From contig OZ024742.1 in NCBI GenBank assembly GCA_964016885.1, forward strand, positions 106,578,001 through 106,642,000: a stretch of DNA of 64,000 bases, written 5' to 3'. How positions within the stretch are numbered: position 1 is the stretch's first letter; the number at the start of each line of letters is the position of its first letter. The DNA comes from Eledone cirrhosa. Taxonomy: Eukaryota. The notes beneath the pieces were generated by a model that was given only the letters and a program-made list of their open reading frames with translations, did not search any database and was not told the origin of the DNA. Position numbers and translations under genes: made by a program. Shown here one piece after another: positions 26,358 to 42,239 of this stretch.

Positions 26358-27009
26358 CATACATATACATACATATCATACATACATACATACATATACA
26401 TATCATACATACATACATATACATACATATCAATATATATACATATATACATACATATCAATATACATACATACCCATATACATGCATACACACATGCAT
26501 CCATACATACACATACATACACACATACATACACACATACATACATACACACATACATACATACACACATACACACATACACACATACATACATACATAC
26601 ATACATACATACATACATACATACATACATACATACATACATACATACATACATACATACATACATACATACACACACATACATACACACACACATACAT
26701 ACATACATACATACATACTTACATACATACATACTTACATACATACATACTTACATACAATGTAAGAACACATACACAAAACAGACATGCACATACAGAC
26801 ACATACTACAGCACTGGGAAGCCTTACCTGTATACAAACACACTATCGTCTGCAATAGTTTAGCTCACGTTTGGTGGAAAATTATTTGTATGCATGGTTT
26901 GATTTCCACTTGGAAATTTTTGTTTATTGCTGCTCTGCAACATCTCCACCTATCTCTTCCACTTTCCTTTCTCTCCTTTCTTCGAGAATGTTCCAATTTC
27001 TTGCGTTAC

Positions 27010-27042
<33 letters not shown>

Positions 27043-27095
27043 AGCATCAGCCGTACTAAGAGTGAGAAATGAAATTTCGTTTCATTCTTTTCCAT
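27043..27095 (+). mobile_element. Short terminal fragment of the 442-bp HHR monomer family
   Basis: ccgtactaagagtgagaaatgaaatttcgtttcattcttttccat matches 56907-56951 and is flanked by (TA)n. Confidence 0.8.
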
Positions 27096-27374
27096 ATATA
27101 TATATATATATATATATATTCTTTGTTGCTTTTATTTAATTCATTATCTATTCATTATATTTATTTAGTCGACTGAAAGGCTTTTTATACCACTTTTTGT
27201 TTGCTTAAGTGTTTTTTGTTATTTTTGTTTGTTATGTTATTCTTTGTGGTATTGTTATTTTATCGAATGTTTCTTTGTTGTTGTCCATTTTCTTCTTTTC
27301 ATTTTTTGCATTTAACATAATTTTTATGTTGTTTGAAACAACATTTAGACTTGATTTTGTCTGTTCGTTATTCT

Positions 27375-27423
<49 letters not shown>

Positions 27424-27485
27424 ATATGTATATATTATATATGTGTATACATATACCTATATAGCATATACATATGCATATATTT

Positions 27486-27521
<36 letters not shown>

Positions 27522-27747
27522 ACACACATACATTTATATATACATATATATATAGATATATATATATAAACAAAACGTCAATGGAATACATATATGTATG
27601 TGTGTCTATATGTGTGTATGTATGTGGGTGTATGTATGTGTATACATCTTTTCTTTTGATATGTGTTGTTCTTGGAGATGGTTTGTTAATGCTTATTTAT
27701 TTATTCATTTAACAAATTCTAAATCCTCTCGTGTTTATTGTCTTCCT

Positions 27748-28730
<983 letters not shown>

Positions 28731-29837
28731 TGTACAGTTAAGTTATTACATTGTTCCTAGTTATTTTATCATATCTTCTTTTGTTTTTGTTTCATTCATT
28801 GTTTATATAAAGAAACAATTATATTTCTTTTCATGCTCAACCACCATGTTTTTTTCAGAAATTGTCGCTTTGTTCTTTTTAGGTTTTTTATGTATTGTAG
28901 TTCACTTATATGTTTGTAGCCTGTTTTCTTTAATTGTGTGTGCGCGCGCATCTAAGTGTTTGTGTGTTTGTGAATGTTTGTGTGTTTGTGAATGTTTGTG
29001 TAGGAATATGCGCATTTGTGTTTCGGACGTTGTTTGTGAATGTGTTTGTTCATGTTTGTGATTGTGTGTTTTGTGTATGTTTGTGAATGTGTTTGTGTAC
29101 GTTTGTGAATATGTTTGTGAATGTGTTTCTATATGTTTGTGTATGTGTGTTTGTGACTGTGAATGTCTATTTGTGACTGTTTGTGAATGTGTTTGTGACT
29201 CTGTTTGTGAATATGTGTTGGTGTATGTTTGAGAATGTGTTTGTGACTCTGTTTGAGAATGTGTGTTTGTGTGTGTTCGAGAATGTGTGTTTGTGACTTT
29301 GTTTGTGAATGTGTATTTGTGACTTTGTTTGTGAATGTGTGTTTATGCATGTTTGAGAATGTGTGTATTTGCGTATGCCTGTGAATGTATGTATTTGTGT
29401 ATGCCTGTGAATGTATATATTTGTGTATGTCTGTGAATGTATATATTTGTCTATGTCTGTGAATGTATATATTTGTGCATGTCTGTGAATGTGTGTATTT
29501 GTGTATGCCTGTGAATGTGTGTCTGTATGTCCGTGGTTCTATATGTGTGTTTGTACATATGGTTTACGTGTGAATTTATACATGTATGTCTCTGGCTCTG
29601 TTTTTCAGGTAACATGCTTGTTTGTTTGTGTGTGGTGCATGTTTATGTGTGAATGTGTCTAGGTACGTTTCAAGGTCTGTATGCGAATGCGTGTGTGTGT
29701 GCGTATGAGTGTTTGTGGGTTTGTGTATCTACATTTCTATGTGAAAGTGTTTGTGTGTGTCTCTCTGCTCGCGGGCTCGCATGTGTGTGCATTTTTGTGT
29801 GCGAACTTTTATGTCTTTATGGCTGTGTGTGTGTGGC

Positions 29838-29869
<32 letters not shown>

Positions 29870-30004
29870 AGTGTATGCGTTAATATATGTATTCGTGTAT
29901 GTTGTTCTATGTGTGTGTGTTTGCATGTTTGTGGGTGTTTCATACCTTAATGTTTGTTTGTTTCAAGAATCTTTCTGATTTTTTCCCAAGTTCAATGAGC
30001 AACA

Positions 30005-30069
<65 letters not shown>

Positions 30070-30468
30070 TTAACAACAACAACAACTACAACAACAGCAA
30101 CAGCAATAACAACAACAGTAATAGTAATAATATATTTACCGATTTTAACATTGGCATGACGTCATCTGGCTTACATTTGGAACAAGAAGTAAAATGCTTC
30201 AAAAAATCAAAATACAAAAGTAACAGCAATAATAAGACCGACAAAAAAAAGCACTCACGTGATCATTCATCTTCAACCGAAATATTCCGAGGTTATTCAG
30301 TGCAGAATCTTTTCTTTTTGTTTTTGGGAAATTTTTATTAGAGGTGGGGGGGGGGGGGTTATTTTTTTATTTTTTTATTTATTTATTTGTTAGTATTATT
30401 TTTTTTTTTTTTTTGCTAGCACTTTCTCTGTCGGCTTACTTCCACTTCAATACTGTAACAAACAACTT

Positions 30469-30516
<48 letters not shown>

Positions 30517-31026
30517 TCTTTTAGTAATAATACCTGACAAAAATATAATCAATCCGATCATTTTCTTTAACTCTCCTATGTCTACGTGTCTGTCTGTCTG
30601 CATGTATGTATATTTGTTTGAATGTTTGTATACATATATAAATGTATGTATTCATGTTTGAATATATGTATTTATGTTTGTGTGTGCGTGTACGTATGTA
30701 TGAATGCATGCATGTATGAATCTATATATATATATATGTGTGTATGTGTATATTTATATATTTATATGTTGGCATGTATGTATATATGTATGCAATTTTA
30801 TATGCATTTTGTATGTATATATTGATGTTTGTATGTATATATCTATGTCTGTATGTATGCATTAATGTATATATTCATGTAGTTATGCAGGACTATATAC
30901 ATAATGTATGTATATGCGCATGTTTATGTGTATGATATGTATGTATGATGTGCATGTTTGTATTTATGGTATGTATATATTATATATATACGTGCTTATA
31001 TATGTGATTATGTATGTATCATACAT

Positions 31027-31120
<94 letters not shown>

Positions 31121-31629
31121 CGTATATATGCATGTTAGAGTGCATGTACATATACTTGAATGTATGTATGTGTGTGTGCAAGCATGAATATCATTATGCG
31201 TGTGGACCTGCAAATTTGGAATTATGTATGCATACACATAAATAGGTTTGTATGTCTACATGCCGAGGATCTTTGATGTTAAAACTCTGAAATGTTTTGC
31301 ATATTTTCAGACTTCCATTAATGTCTTAATTAAGAAAATAGATTATGAGTGATCTTGCCTTCGTCATTACTATACCTTTTTATATTTTTTTATTCTCAGA
31401 ACTATACTTTCTGTATGTGAGTTTGTATGTAAACATGTGTGCTTTTTTCAGACTGGTTTAAGATATTCTCTTAAGCTGGCTACTAACTACATGACAAGAC
31501 TTCTTTGTTTGAGACAACACAGTCCTGAGGATTTGTGAATATGTGAAATATTTAATGTCCTTATGTATGCATGTTTCTCTTTTAAATTATTTTAATTCTT
31601 TCGTACAGAGTGAATTGGTTTCAACTCCT

Positions 31630-32900
31630 TTGTTGCATGTTTTATTGTTCCGCTTACAGATTGTATTTTTAAACTCCATATTAACTGGTCAATTTCTTTG
31701 CCTGAAAACCTTAGCTTTTCTAGATTGTCACTTAAGCATTTGTTGGCATAACCAAATAAACTAGTAATTTTCGGTATAAACGTAGATTCATAATCCGGGT
31801 GGAGAAGCTGAAGGTTTCGCAGCAGTTATTTGTTTACAGTATCTTTCTCTCTGATTTTGGAGGAAATGTATACATTGCCAGGGCAGCAAGCCTCTGTGAC
31901 AGTACATAATTTCGAAACAAGTATCTCAGACATTATAATTTCACTTGGTGGGAGTTTTTTATGTAAATGTTCCACCAATATTCCTTGTGTTGGTACGTGT
32001 AGATACATTCAAATACAGGTGGATTCCCTACATTTTTCGCGAAATATATTTTTCCCGAGAGTGGCATAGTATATTGTTTTAGCAACTTCATACAACATTG
32101 AGAAGTAACACATTAATGATATTTTAGATAGCGAAAGATATCTTCCTCGGAAATGACATAATTAACATTTCCGACTCCCTCGTAAAGTTTTAAGTGCTTC
32201 ACTGTCTTTTTTTATTTATTAGATATTCTGGATTTACATTACAAAAGAATAGCTTTCGAAATTGTAAAAGGAGACGGCTCTGTTCAAGCATTTGGTCATC
32301 AAATGCAAACACTCTATGAAACTCATTAAAGCCGGTGGCTAATTATTTGTGTCGATAAGCCTGGAACTTTCAGGTGTCTGTAAGCTACTCAGAAAACATA
32401 TTCTCCGATGACAACAATTGGACATTACCTCAGACTTTCAGTTAAGTGATATTGCTGGGTTGCTTTAATATTTAGAATTTTCTGAGACAAATATTCCAGA
32501 TTCGTGCTCCGTTGAAGTGTTGAGTGGCTTTATTGGCGATATTCTATATTATTTTAGGGATTTCAAAACTTTTATATGAGTTTCCAAACCAATTGGGTCA
32601 GTAAAATTTTCCCTATTCTTTTACCTAAATGAGGTAATGTGCTTGTAGTAACAACCCTTGAAAATGTTTACAGTGATTAGCGCATAATTTTGTTTAATAC
32701 CGCCAAAGGAGGTTCGATATACAAATGCTTTGGTCAAACAGGATCCCTTTAGTTGTAGGTTGTTAAAGGTATTTTGGCAGTTATAATTAGGCTATTTGAA
32801 TGGGGGATATATAGTTGTATTTTATCGGTTATAGAGTATAATTTGGACAATGTTCTCCAGGTAGAAGTATTCATATTTGGACTTCTCCGATCACAGTCTT
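31630..32900 (-). pseudogene. Decayed non-LTR retrotransposon with C-terminal restriction-like endonuclease (R4/NeSL-like)
   Basis: Minus-strand remnants EVAKTIYY; KEYWWNIYI; KLCTVTEACCP...KIREK; LLRNLQLLHPDY..FIP; IQSVSGTIKTC, with many stops. The upstream boundary is approximate. Confidence 0.62.
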
Positions 32901-33004
32901 CAGCCTACTCCAATATACATAAAATTTGCCAAATTATTGAAACTCGAAGTATTGTGAATATAGAATCAAGAAAAATTAAATTGTTAAATAAATTAAATGT
33001 ACAC

Positions 33005-33035
<31 letters not shown>

Positions 33036-33172
33036 TGTATGTATGTATGTATGTATGTATGTATGTATGTATGTATGTATGTATGTGTGTGTGTGTGTAT
33101 GTGTGTGTGTATGTGTATGTGTATGTGTGTATGTGTGTATGTGTGTATGTGTGTATGTGTGTGTGTGTATGT

Positions 33173-33239
<67 letters not shown>

Positions 33240-33242
<3 letters not shown>

Positions 33243-33676
33243 ATTTAAGTATCAGCCCTACTAAGAGTGAGAAATGAAATTTCATTTCATTCTTTTCCAT
33301 TTGGCGTTTTCGGTACGCCCGGCCGACTAACTCACTGGATATGCAAATTAGGCTGCTCAGCCGTTAATATGCATAAGGAAAGTATATACTTTCAAACGTT
33401 CAATCATCTGACAGGAAGGTATACGGTGCTGACGATAGCTAATAAGCTTGAAACTAGTTCATCGTTCCTTTGTCAGTGTTGAACAAAAAGGGAAACGATG
33501 GTTGCCGAACACTGTACGGCTTAATTCGGGCTGTTTGTTTACAAACAAACCGAACAATATAATAAATGTTCGGTGAACCCATACGTACATATATATATAT
33601 GTGTGCGTGTATCTATATATATACATACTACTGCTGTACGTCTGTATACATATATGTATGTACGTATACATACTTA
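33240..33676 (+). mobile_element. ~440-bp HHR monomer (retrozyme-like), one unit
   Basis: Homologous to 56482-56955 but in a different circular permutation. Confidence 0.85.
33416..33470 (+). ncRNA. Minimal type I hammerhead (GTT triplet)
   Basis: aagg-tat-acggtg-CTGACGA-t-agct-aata-agct-t-GAAAC-ta-GTT-catcgt-t-cctt. Confidence 0.85.
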
Positions 33677-33873
33677 TATATATATATATATAAAATTATT
33701 TTTGAAAGGCATTAGAAATGCGCAACCGGTAAAACTTAAAACCAAAACTGAATACTAACCAATACTATTACTAAACTGAATACTAACCAATACTATTACT
33801 AATTTTTACTTATTCCTAATTAAACTTTTTTTTACTGGGAACAATTTGTCAGCATTTTCTTTTCCTTTTACCA

Positions 33874-33965
<92 letters not shown>

Positions 33966-33974
33966 AGAGAGAGA

Positions 33975-34082
33975 CCCAGTTGATGAGTAATACTAATTGC
34001 TACAGTTGGTACTCAATGTTTTCACATGAATTGGATATTCATTATCTATAGTGGCAATTATTACCGACATCGGTATTTTGGC
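33975..34082 (+). ncRNA. Degenerate hammerhead-like motif
   Basis: tTGATGA-gtaa..taattgctac...gtggcaatta-ttac-cGAcA. Stem II is good but the core has two changes. Confidence 0.35.
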
Positions 34083-34701
34083 GTAAGATACAGATTGTTT
34101 ATATTAAGAAAGAAAGATCGAAGATTCAGTTTAACATACTTTATTCATAATTACACGTAACACGTATTTTGCAAGTGATCAGTTTGGAGCTTTAATAAAT
34201 TACATTTAACTCGACACTAAGATCGATTTGCTCGTCAGACGCAATGGAAATTAGAATCGGAATATATCCATCTCTATTTATGTAAGACATCATACCTGCC
34301 TTTACATAGAATGTTGACCATGTCCAGATGCCATATCATAAATGCCACTTTAATGCTGAAACAAAAAATGATATGCTCACAAAGAAAAATATTTACATGA
34401 AAATACTGTTTATACTTAAAACATAAACTTATCAGAATAATCCTTCAAGTATACAGTTTTGACAATTCACATTACAAACACAAATATAGATTTAAACCAC
34501 ACTTGATATTAAACCACCTGAAACCACACTTGATTCTATGGTACGAAGCTACTTATTTTAAAGTGTTTTTATTTTTCTTAAAACCTTCCATTATATTTTT
34601 ATGTCAAACCTTTGTTCAGTTATGTACCACACATCAGATTAACAATGAGAAAGTTAGTTACATTATTAAATGAACATTCTCATTAAATGAACATTTTTAT
34701 A

Positions 34702-34990
34702 ACCACGTGCCCATAGTATCGGAACTGTGATCTCTTAATTCGAAGAAATAGCGGCTCTACCTAGAGTGACTCTCTGATCTCCGAGCTACGCACTCTATCG
34801 AGTAACGTTATTCCAAAGAACATTCGGAGGAACCCCATTTTGGCCGCTTGTATTCGCGATCGTATACTTTCGGTCATTACTCAGGATTCATGACCATAGG
34901 TAAGGGTTGGCACGAAAGATAGTGAGTTTGGCTTTTACACCTCTCTCCCTTTTTATGGTTACCGAATGCTGAAGCTGGCGCATTACTTCT
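34702..34990 (-). pseudogene. RTE-clade LINE RT 3' fragment
   Basis: Minus strand FVPTLTYGHES*VMTESIRSRIQAAKMGFLR...DRVRSSEIRESL...RSQFRYYGHV. Confidence 0.85.
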
Positions 34991-35377
34991 ATTAATAAAA
35001 AGAAAATCATTATTTAACATTGTTGATCGGACGGCTCCACATTTCTGTTAAAGATCAGGCACCAAACTTCCAACAGAAACCATCCATTCATTTAACTTCC
35101 CCCGTCAAACGGACATCGGCAAAATAAACAAAGCATATTAGTTAGAATAATTCCACGTCTTAAACAATTATCAACTTTATCACGTTGAAATAACACTGAT
35201 ATAATAAGAGAATGGTTTAAATATCTCCCGAAAAAGGAGCAGGTCAATTTTCTGCAGTTCCATATATAAGGAATACATTTTACTTATGGGTGTTCTGAAT
35301 TATGTTAGAATACTGACTAGTATAAAAGAGAAATAAATTAAACTACTGTTGTTCGCTTATCGAACGTCTTTGCAATA

Positions 35378-36134
35378 TCTATATATATAAAACTGTGGTT
35401 GTCTGTCTGTCTATCGATTTTTGGCACACATCTCCTCTTAGAATCTCTCACGGAATTGCACCCAAATTGCTATACTTGTACATTGAGCCCTAGCGAAGAC
35501 ATCGGAAAAAAAGAATTTCAAATTGACCCACCCTATGTGACGAAATCGAATATAATGTATCGATTTTTGAGCGTAAGTTATCAGTTATTTCCCTTTGTTC
35601 TGTTTACATTGAGCGTCTTACGTAAAAAATTACGCTGGCTTTCTCAGCGTTTAACACAATACGTTCGAACACTAAGCTTCCGTTTTGCTTCATTTCCATT
35701 TAAAAGCATTTTAAAACAATATTTTTACTTGAAAACAAGTCTATTTAAAGACTACGTAAAACAAGCAAATATTTCAGGCGTGCAGACAGACAGTCGTGCA
35801 GAGAGGTGATATAGGCGTGCAGACAGACATAACTGATAATTTGGTTACGCTAATGTTTTTCTCTGCGTTGCAGTGTTTACATTTTCGATCTTTGTTAATA
35901 AATAACCAGTGCAGTTTCTATCCCCAGCATCCTCTTTTGTTATAACATTCGGGTTATCGTTATGTTTTCTTAACTTCATAAGGCATATTGTTGGTTGAGG
36001 GAATATTAATCAAAAACACCACATGCAAGTCTGCACAGTAGACACTACAGTTTTTAAGCCAAGAAAGAAACTTAACATTGTAACTTTAACACAGCTACTG
36101 AGCGACCCCGAGCAACGCCGGGCTTTACTGCTAG
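35378..36134 (+). mobile_element. Non-autonomous Helitron
   Basis: 5' TC(tatatatataaaa), 3' GC hairpin cccg-agcaacgc-cggg then CTAG. Inserted between A and T with no TSD. Confidence 0.85.
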
Positions 36135-36419
36135 TATATGCTAAATGGATTTAAACTCGTTGTCAATTCCATTAGATATTATTTGGGGATCGAATGATTC
36201 AGCCGAAATATGTGATATGACAAGTTTATATGTGTATATGTATTGACCCGTAACTCCTATGAAGTAGTAGGGGTGGTGTCATGATATACGGCTTGTCTGA
36301 AGTTCCTTAAACTTGGTGGAGGCCATCCCCTCTCCAGATCTGAACACTGCTGATTTCTTCCCGAAAAGAAAAGAGAGATATAAAGTGAGAGAGAAAGGAA
36401 GGAAGGAAGTGAAAAAGAT

Positions 36420-36570
36420 ATATTTTGGACGAATCGATCCCAGTACTGGACTGGTACTTTTTTATTGACCTCGAAAGGATAAAAAGCAAAGTTGACCTTG
36501 GTAGGACCTGAACTCGGAGAACGCAGCAAGTTAGAACGATTACCACAAAGCATTCCATCCGACGTTCTAG
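36420..36570 (-). mobile_element. Diverged SINE copy
   Basis: gatcccagtactggactggtac...gacctcgaaaggataaaaagcaaagttgacc. Confidence 0.75.
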
Positions 36571-36579
36571 GTAAAGAGA

Positions 36580-37190
36580 AACTGCTGAACTGATGTCCTA
36601 CTTTTAAATAACTTTATCCACAACAGAGGAATCGAATGACAAAGGACCTGCACTCATTCATTAAAACCTATGGCTTTAAAATAACAACATCAAACACAAT
36701 ATCAAAGTTACCAATTGCCTTCAATTTGAACAATTCCCTATTTTATCTGTACCATAAAAAGAAATGAAACACTTAACTATGTAAATAAATTATTTAATCA
36801 TCTCCAAAATAATGATTTCATCTAATGAGGAAATCTAAAACGACTCAGCTACTTATTATATATAATGATAATCTGATCAAAGGGAGGTTCATTGAAAAAA
36901 TATACTACATTAAAGGAACAGCAAGATCTACAAACAAAAATAAAAACAAAATGAGAAAATGAAATATAATTTAGCTTAATCAGCACCCTGCTTTAATATC
37001 AAAACACACCAATAGCTAATATCTTCTTTTTTTTTCAAATTAATAAGAAAATATTCCCACCCACTATATAAATACAACAAAACTTTTAACAAAAATATTA
37101 CCATACTTTCATAATTCTATCACACCAAACTTTACTAATGTACTGGCCTCCGCTAATTCGTATAAACTTAACAAAATATCCACCTATAAC
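36580..37190 (+). pseudogene. Highly decayed PLE RT-thumb/linker fragment
   Basis: NETLNYVNK..NH; FFKLIRKY.HPHYKYNKTFNKNI, collinear with the other PLE copies. Confidence 0.65.
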
Positions 37191-37559
37191 CCAGAGTAAA
37201 TGTAATTGCAGAAACAGAAATACTTAAAAAATGAAGTCAAATATATTACACACACATACACACACACATACACACACACACACATACACACACACATACA
37301 CACACACACATGCGCACATGCGCACGCGCGCACACGCACACACACACACATATTACACACACACACATGCGCGCGCACACATATGCACACACACACACAC
37401 ATACACAAACATACACATACACACATTACACACACACACATGCGCGCACACATACACGCGCACACACACACACACATACACACATAGATAACCAGCACCC
37501 ACCAACACACAAACAAACACAGACGCACTATTGCGTACAGAATAAACGAACACATATTA

Positions 37560-37722
37560 TGTCAGACGCCATGCTTTGACGCATTGAGTTACGGCCCTTG
37601 CCATTCTGAGTTCAAATCCCGCCGAGGTTAACTTTGCCTTTCATCCTTACGGGGTCGATAAAATAAAGTACCAGTAATACACTGGGTAATTTGCTGGCCT
37701 TGTGCGAAAAGATGAAACAATT
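37560..37722 (+). mobile_element. SINE, 5'-truncated
   Basis: ctgagttcaaatcccgccgaggttaactttgcctttcatccttacggggtcgataaaataaagtaccag. Confidence 0.85.
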
Positions 37723-37968
37723 ATATATACACCATACGTACACACTTATACAACTCACCTACACAAACACATATATTAACAAAGATATCTACACGGATAC
37801 ACACATACACAACGCCCAAGCCATACACACGCACGTACTCACAGATATACTCACTTTCACACACACATATCTTCTCTCAATCTCTTTCACACAAACTAAC
37901 AGATTGACAAACGAAACGCAGACACAGACAGTACACATGTGCATACTATAACAAATATACTATATAGT

Positions 37969-38021
<53 letters not shown>

Positions 38022-38039
38022 CACACACACACACATACA

Positions 38040-38079
<40 letters not shown>

Positions 38080-38164
38080 TACACACACACATATACATAC
38101 ACACACATACAGACGCAAAATATCACTGACACATCCATACATATTGACATACACACATTAATGC

Positions 38165-39835
38165 CACACCACAACAACCACCACCACCACTACCGTGTCC
38201 ACTACCATATCTACCACCACCACCACCATCACCACCACCTCTCACTACAACCACCGCTACCACCACCACCACTACCGCAACCACCACTACCATCATCACT
38301 ATGATTTCTACTCCATCTTCCACTGAAAACCACCACGACCACCACCACCACCAACACCACTGCCGTGTCCACCACCACCACCTCATCACTACAACCACTG
38401 CTACCACCACCACCACTACCACAACCACCACCACCACCACCACCACCAACACTACTATCATTTCTACCCCATCTTCTACTGAAACCACCACCACCACCAC
38501 CACCACCACCACCACTACCACAACCACCACCACCACCACCACCACCACTACCACAACCACCACCACCACCACCACTACCACACCCACCACCACCACCACA
38601 ACCACCACCACCACCACTAGCACAACCACCACCACCACCACTACCACAACCACCACCACCACCACCTCCACCAGTACCACATCCACCACCACCACTACTA
38701 TCATTTCTACACCATCTTCCACTGCAACCACCACCACCACCACTACCACCACCACCACCACCACTACCACTACCACAACCACCACCACCACTACCACAAC
38801 CACCACCACCACCACTACCACAACCACCACCACCACCACCACCACTACCACAACCACCACCACTACCACAACCACCATCACCACCTCCACCACCACCACA
38901 ACCACCACCACCACCACCACCACCACTATCATTTCTACCCCATCTTCCACTGCAACCACCACCACCACCACCATCACTAGTACTACTTTCTCCACCATCT
39001 CCAACACAATCCTTTCACCCCAGCTAGGGAGGGTAACCATCATTACAATGAGCGGTGCCACTGCCAACACACACCAACACCATAATCACCACCAATAACA
39101 CTCCCACCATAATAATAACTGCAACACTACCAATACTACCACCACAACTACTACCAGCACCACCAACACCATCCCTCAACAAAACTATCATCACCACAAA
39201 CATTACTAACATAACCACCACTATTATTACCACACCACAACCATACCATCATCACCACCACAAACACTCCCAACACAACCACCACCACCATTACTATCAA
39301 AAGCCAACTACACCATCACTACCGCCATCACCGCTGCTACCACCACTACCACAACCACCACTACCACCACCACAACCACCACCACCACTATCATTTCTAC
39401 CCCATCATCACCACCACAAACACTCCCAACACAACCACCACCACCATTACTATCAAAAGCCAACTACACCATCACTACCGCCATCACCGCTGCTACCACC
39501 ACCACCACAACCACCACTACCACAACCACCACTACCATCATCACTATCATTTCTACCCCATCTTCCACTGCAACGACCAGCACTATTACCACCACTACCA
39601 CAACCACCACCACCACCACTACCACAACCACCACTACCACCACCACCACTATCATTTCTACCCCATCATCACCACCACAAACACTCCCAACACAACCACC
39701 ACCACCATTACTATCAAAAGCCAACTACACCATCACTACCGCCGTCACCGTTGCTACCACCACCACCACAACAACAACAAAACACAACGACGGCAACAAC
39801 AAAACTAACCTCCACCTCTCCCACTACAACCAAAC
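38165..39835. repeat. (ACC)n-rich complex repeat with higher-order units
   Basis: Recurrent actatcatttctaccccatc spacers and three copies of a ~95-bp unit near 39250, 39405 and 39665. Confidence 0.9.
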
Positions 39836-40087
39836 CATTTGTGAAATGTGACCTCTTTATATACAGTGATTTTCTCTCAACTCTGAGATGACAAAGTCGC
39901 CATTATTTCACTGTGTTAAACTCCCGTGAATGGAAGATAGATACCACAGAATATGATGGGAACATTCTCGATCTTTTCTTATCAAACATTAAGGCGGGGC
40001 CAGATAACGTTGTCCTGGACACTTAAGATTTCATTTATCACAGTTCACAATTCGAATTATAATGCCAATCATTGTTATATGTAAAAG

Positions 40088-40455
40088 GAGGGGCGGGTAG
40101 ATTATCAGAATCGTTAGAACGTCGGAAATGTCTTGCAGCCTTTAGTTACGGCTCTTTACGGTTTGAGTTCAAATCCCGCTAAGATAAACTCTGGGGGTCT
40201 ATATAGTCGATTATCTTCTTCCCTAAATTGCTGGCCTTGTACAAATGGTAAAAAAAAGATATATGTGAATGAAGGAGCGACAGGTTGGCAGAATCGGTAG
40301 CGCGTCGCATAAAATGTTTTATGATACTTAGTTCTGGCTCATTACATTTTGAGTTCAAATCTCCCCAAGATCAACTTCATCTTCCATACTATAAAATAAT
40401 ATAAAATAGCTGAAGTTCATATAATCGACATTTTTCTTCTCCCAAATTTGCTGAC
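40088..40455 (+). mobile_element. Two adjacent diverged SINE copies
   Basis: Two A-box/B-box heads (gagttcaaatc), each ending in aaatt(t)gctgrccttgt. Confidence 0.75.
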
Positions 40456-40534
40456 CTTGTGCTATGATAGAAAGTTATATTTATATATATAAAGAGAGAG
40501 AGACATACATACACACACACACACACAAACACAA

Positions 40535-40592
<58 letters not shown>

Positions 40593-40595
<3 letters not shown>

Positions 40596-40773
40596 AAAAA
40601 GTATGACCCCGACGGCAGAGCTCAAGCCGTTTCGACGGCTATTTCTGGACAGAAATAGCCGACGAAACGGCTTGAGCTCTGCCGTCGGGCTCATACTTTT
40701 TCCTATTACCCACTCTACTACCCTAAGTATTGAGTACTCTGGTGCGTTATGGTCCATCTGGTTCCTTACCACA
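40593..40773. mobile_element. Fold-back element carrying the 3' half of a hammerhead
   Basis: ~55-bp near-perfect arms containing cGAAAC-ggc-ttgagctct-gcc-GTC-ggg. Relatives lie at 48316-48462 and 62985-63080. Confidence 0.85.
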
Positions 40774-41519
40774 TTTCCTTCGTTATATGTTTATATATAT
40801 ATATATATAATTTAACGTCCATTTTCGCAGCTAGCAAGTTATTATGTACCTATATATGCGTCTGTGTGTGTACATACATAAACACAGAATGTGGTTTTAC
40901 GGCTGGGTTAGTTTGATTTGATATAATTGACTGATCTCTGACTTCATGAAAGGTTACTCAAATGAGGCCATATATATTTATTAATTGAAATCTTCACCTT
41001 TCTTTTATGAATTACAAAACCTTTTTTATCGTTTGCCACACAGAAAATTTACTCATCTGCATATAAACGCCATGACAGTTAGGTCACATTCCTTTTGATT
41101 CGTCTCCATTATTCTACAGGCGATCTTCCCTTTTCCTGGCCAAACAGGCTGACGACAGCCATTTGTATTCTGAGATTTTAGCGAGTCTTCATTGCAAATG
41201 AATGAAATGTGTCATATGATGTATAAGTTTGATAAAAGGGTGTTTATTTCGGATGATTAATCCCGAAAGTCCCTATTGTCAAATGTTTTTCACAGCCATT
41301 GGGAACTTCTCTCGCTTTCACGCTAATTTGCAAGTAATTTGAACCAAAAGAACCGAAACTTGAAAGCATACTAGTTTTACGCCTTTCATATTTACATATT
41401 TATTTTCACACATCTCCGTGCATATACACGTAAACTTACACACGCCCAGGCTAATACACACAAATATACGCACACACACCCACAAATATCTATACACAAA
41501 TCAATGCACAGTTATAGTC

Positions 41520-41567
<48 letters not shown>

Positions 41568-41642
41568 TGATGTAAAATCCTGACCGCGGCGCCAAGCGTT
41601 TTCAGCTTGTGTCATATATGTGTGTGTGTGTTTGTATGCATG

Positions 41643-41734
<92 letters not shown>

Positions 41735-42239
41735 ATATATGTGTGTGTGTATCAGTGAGTGTGTTTGTTTCTATATAAAGTACTGTATTAAAGGTATTCG
41801 TATGCACACAGACATACACACATACATATAGTAAATATGTGGGTGTATGTGTGTGTATGCGTGTGTGCGTGTATATGGATGTATGTGTCTGTGTGTGTTG
41901 GTGTGTTTATATACATGTGTTATGCATATGTATGTATCTGTGTAGCATATAAGAACATATTATAAATATAAATCTATATGCGAATATTTACATATATTTT
42001 AAATGGTTAATGTATATAGGTTTCATACAGAGACTTCTGTACACACATACATAAATACACCTACATATAAACGTAACTAAGTAGGCTTTCCTGTGTCACG
42101 TACGCTATCTTACACTTTATCAATTTTCTACTAAAGCTATTCGAAGCAGAATTATATCCTAAAATTGTACAACATACACTTTCTAAGGATGGCTATAAAG
42201 TTATGGGAGCTGATATCGATTTCGCCGATGAGCATTCTC

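Noticed and set aside
38301-39891. Mucin-like or extensin-like exon
   Set aside because: An (ACC)n-derived repeat whose units recur in different frames, with no signal peptide or convincing splice context.
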